Shown here: in pieces, positions 6,906-9,127 of the stretch | Layout of the letters: each line of letters starts with the position of its first letter | Position numbering within the stretch: position 1 is the stretch's first letter | NCBI GenBank assembly: GCA_054661495.1 | Contig: BAAFSQ010000355.1 | Span: 1 to 9,127, forward strand | Reading direction: 5' to 3' | DNA from: Zygophlyctis sp. KS116 | Taxonomy: Eukaryota; Fungi; Chytridiomycota | Length of the DNA: 9,127 nucleotides | Notes under the pieces: generated by a model | Database searches by the model: none | What the model saw: only the letters and a program-made list of their open reading frames with translations | What the model was told of the DNA's origin: nothing | Made by a program: the position numbers and the translations under genes

Positions 6906-8876
6906 ATGAAGTTTGATCTTTCAACAATTCTTGGCAACTCATCTGATCAGATAGTTGATCAGGAACCTGTCGAAGAGGAAAAATGCAACGAAATTGAAAA
7001 ACATGCTCCTGCTGGATACTGTATTGAATGTGGAGGTGAGTTTTCTCTCTGATTAGTAGATCAACCTGCCATGATGCATTGTGAACAATGCACAGATGAT
7101 TATTGCTCAGTGTGTTTTGCTTCCATTCACCGAAAAGGGACTCGAAAGGGACATACTCAAAAGATTATTAATTCACATTCTACTGATATGCCTGAACCTG
7201 TAAATCATGACATTCCAATGGAAGCAGTTGATGTCACGGAAACGAGAAAAATTCCTACTTCTAAATCTATGATACAACAGCAAGATTCAAATTATTTTCT
7301 GGAAAGATCAAAATATATCCCGTTGCGATTGACACTCGAAGAGAGGAAATATTTAAGACTTTTGGAAGCAGCATTGAACGTTTCAGAATATACTGATAAA
7401 ATTGATGTTATTGTTTATTCAAGCAAGACGAAGAGAATGGTGGCGCAAATACGAGAACTTTGTGCGATAATGTCAGGGTATGTTTTAAATACTGATTTTC
7501 AAGTCTAGTTCTTGCATCAGACTATCAATATGGACAAGAATTATTGCAAAATAGGAATTTTGATGATTTTGGGGCTTTTTTAGCCGAAATATTTGAACTT
7601 GGTAGGAGGCATAAAATTATGAATCCTGATAAAATGAGAGATACTTATGGTAAGCTGATGTATTTGTTGCAAGACTCTCAACTTTCTGAAGTTAAGGAGC
7701 TACTCCAATTTTCCTGCGTTGCTCCTATCAAAACCGTACATTTTATTTTTAAGTATCTAGGTCTATAAAGTTTTGCAAGACAATAATTGCCTTGACATAC
7801 TCTCAGATCCCATGATGTCTGTAGCTACGCAAGAAATAATTTCAGAAGGAAGAAGCCGTTATAACATATCTACTGATATTAAATCTAAAGAAATTGCAAT
7901 AGAAAAACTCGCACGAAAATATGGTAGAAAAGATTTTTCTCCTGAACTGATCAAGCAATGCCTTTACTCTATTGGTGATAACCACGCATTTTTACGATCA
8001 AACAGAGATCCATGTGATTCGATGATTAGTATTATTCTTTTTAGATTAAAAAACAGATTTTTTGATGAAATATTTTCATCCTTCTGATGTGGAAGAAGGA
8101 TATTCTCTATCTATTCATTATGGAAAAGGTGGAGCACGTTTATCGCACGATCATGAAAAGCAAGTAAACATATTCATTTTCGTATTAAAATCATAGTATA
8201 ACTTTGTTCTTCAATCTTTATCACTTTGGAGAGAAATTCAGCATGAAATGTTCAAATTATGGAATCTAGCTGAACAGGACTTATTAGACGATTCCAATAT
8301 TTATCGTCTTCGAGACACTGGCCAAGGTTTGAATCGAGTCCAATGTAACATTTAATATTTACTAAACCAAAGCTGCACCTCGTGTTTCACGAATAATGCA
8401 TACTATTCTCAATAGGGCTCAACAAAAGGTTGGGAACTGGGTTGGCTCATCAGTCATACATTTGGGTGATCATGTATGATAACTTTAGAGACTGATTATT
8501 AGAATGTTCCTAATGCATTTATGTTCATTGACAAGTATACTCAAATATTCCACATATTATTGCCCATCTGCACCTGTTTATCAAGATTGGAAGAATTATA
8601 TGGTGATACTGGCCTTAAATCATATTTTGATCAAACTTTTGGGGGCATTGACAAGGCCAGAAAGGACATATTAGTAGATTTTTTTCGACATGCATTTGAT
8701 GGCTCGGGTGCTGAGTAAGGCCTTTAACACTAATAATTAGTAACTTTTTCGATGCAGGATCATGTATTGACGGTAGACTCACATCTGCATGGAATTGGTG
8801 TTCAAAATTGGAAAAGAAACCATACTATCCACTGTTTTTACTAACAGGCTTTGTATCTTTTGATGGGAAATTTTGA
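6906..8876 (+). CDS. UPF0652 / DUF2009 family protein with N-terminal B-box-type zinc finger, ~583 aa. Exons 6906-7035, 7060-7477, 7504-7735, 7761-8028, 8057-8163, 8197-8344, 8373-8473, 8503-8714, 8741-8876
   Basis: B-box CIECGDQPAMMHCEQCTDDYCSVCFASIHRKGTRKGH; DUF2009-type motifs YIPLRLTLEERKYLRLLEAALNVSEYTDKID, FELGRRHKIMNPDKMRDTYGKLMYLLQDS, GGARLSHDHEKQYNFVLQSLSLWREI, LRDTGQGLNRVQ, WVGSSVIHLGDHNVPNAFMFIDKY, HAFDGSGADNFFDAGSCIDGRLTSAWNWCS, GFVSFDGKF-stop. Eight introns give a 1752-nt frame. Confidence 0.9.
7036..7059 (+). other. Spliceosomal intron, 24 nt (tandem TAGTAG acceptor; 21 nt if 7056 is used)
   Basis: GTGAGTTTTCTCTCTGATTAGTAG; contains in-frame TGA; splits the B-box. Confidence 0.85.
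7478..7503 (+). other. Spliceosomal intron, 26 nt
   Basis: GTATGTTTTAAATACTGATTTTCAAG; restores MSGLVLASDY. Confidence 0.9.
7736..7760 (+). other. Spliceosomal intron, 25 nt
   Basis: GTACATTTTATTTTTAAGTATCTAG; restores PIKTVYKVL. Confidence 0.9.
8029..8056 (+). other. Spliceosomal intron, 28 nt
   Basis: GTATTATTCTTTTTAGATTAAAAAACAG; restores DSMINFLMKYFHP. Confidence 0.88.
8164..8196 (+). other. Spliceosomal intron, 33 nt (3n, ends in in-frame TAG)
   Basis: GTAAACATATTCATTTTCGTATTAAAATCATAG; restores HEKQYNFVLQSL. Confidence 0.9.
8345..8372 (+). other. Spliceosomal intron, 28 nt
   Basis: GTAACATTTAATATTTACTAAACCAAAG; restores NRVQSAPRVS. Confidence 0.9.
8474..8502 (+). other. Spliceosomal intron, 29 nt
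   Basis: GTATGATAACTTTAGAGACTGATTATTAG; restores HLGDHNVPNA. Confidence 0.92.
8715..8740 (+). other. Spliceosomal intron, 26 nt
   Basis: GTAAGGCCTTTAACACTAATAATTAG; restores GSGADNFFDAGSC. Confidence 0.92.
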
Positions 8877-8956
8877 AGAAAAAAGCAAATATAGAAACAC
8901 TTTATAGTTTTTTATTCGAGCGTTGAAAAACACCATATCTACAAAACATTATAGGT

Positions 8957-9127
<171 letters not shown>

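Noticed and set aside
6875-6937. N-terminal extension of ORF 6572-6937
   Set aside because: Starts at a non-ATG codon and overlaps the UPF0652 start on the opposite strand. Family similarity begins at the ATG at 6874.
860-8740. Introner-like elements or repeat-derived introns
   Set aside because: The introns share length and AT-richness but no mutual sequence identity, terminal inverted repeats or consistent target-site duplications.
841-8876. Reading the fragmented ORFs as pseudogenes, frameshifts or an alternative genetic code
   Set aside because: Every break is bounded by GT...AG, and removal restores the frame and, where recognisable, conserved motifs under the standard code. Stops fall only inside introns or at true ends.
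8877-8956. Histone 3' stem-loop downstream of H4
   Set aside because: No 6-bp stem / 4-nt loop consensus. A minus-strand AATAAA at 8916-8911 fits ordinary polyadenylation.

Overview
AT-rich eukaryotic genomic DNA, almost certainly fungal (histone H4 has the fungal-type 'TVTSLDVVY'). An early-diverging, chytrid-like lineage is an inference. The ORF track is fragmented because the genes are cut by very short spliceosomal introns. Manual splicing gives five tightly packed genes: (1) - strand, 2078..<1, a signal-anchored glycosyltransferase fusing a GT14/Branch domain to a divergent GT77-like nucleotide-diphospho-sugar transferase domain; (2) + strand, 2176..4548, a ~727-aa protein with a capping-protein-interaction (CPI) motif LTHLTKARPK, a duplicated Pro-rich region and a C-terminal calponin-homology domain; (3) - strand, 6874..4566, a GPATCH1/Gpl1-like splicing factor (~712 aa); (4) + strand, 6906..8876, a B-box + DUF2009 (UPF0652) protein (~583 aa); (5) - strand, the 3' half of histone H4. 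I can place 22 GT-AG introns: 21 are 24-33 nt. The one outlier (61 nt) is in the splicing quality-control gene GPATCH1 and can be parsed as two minimal introns flanking a 13-nt stop-containing micro-exon. Gaps between coding regions are only 97, 17, 31 and 80 nt. All gene models are manual and have no transcript support.
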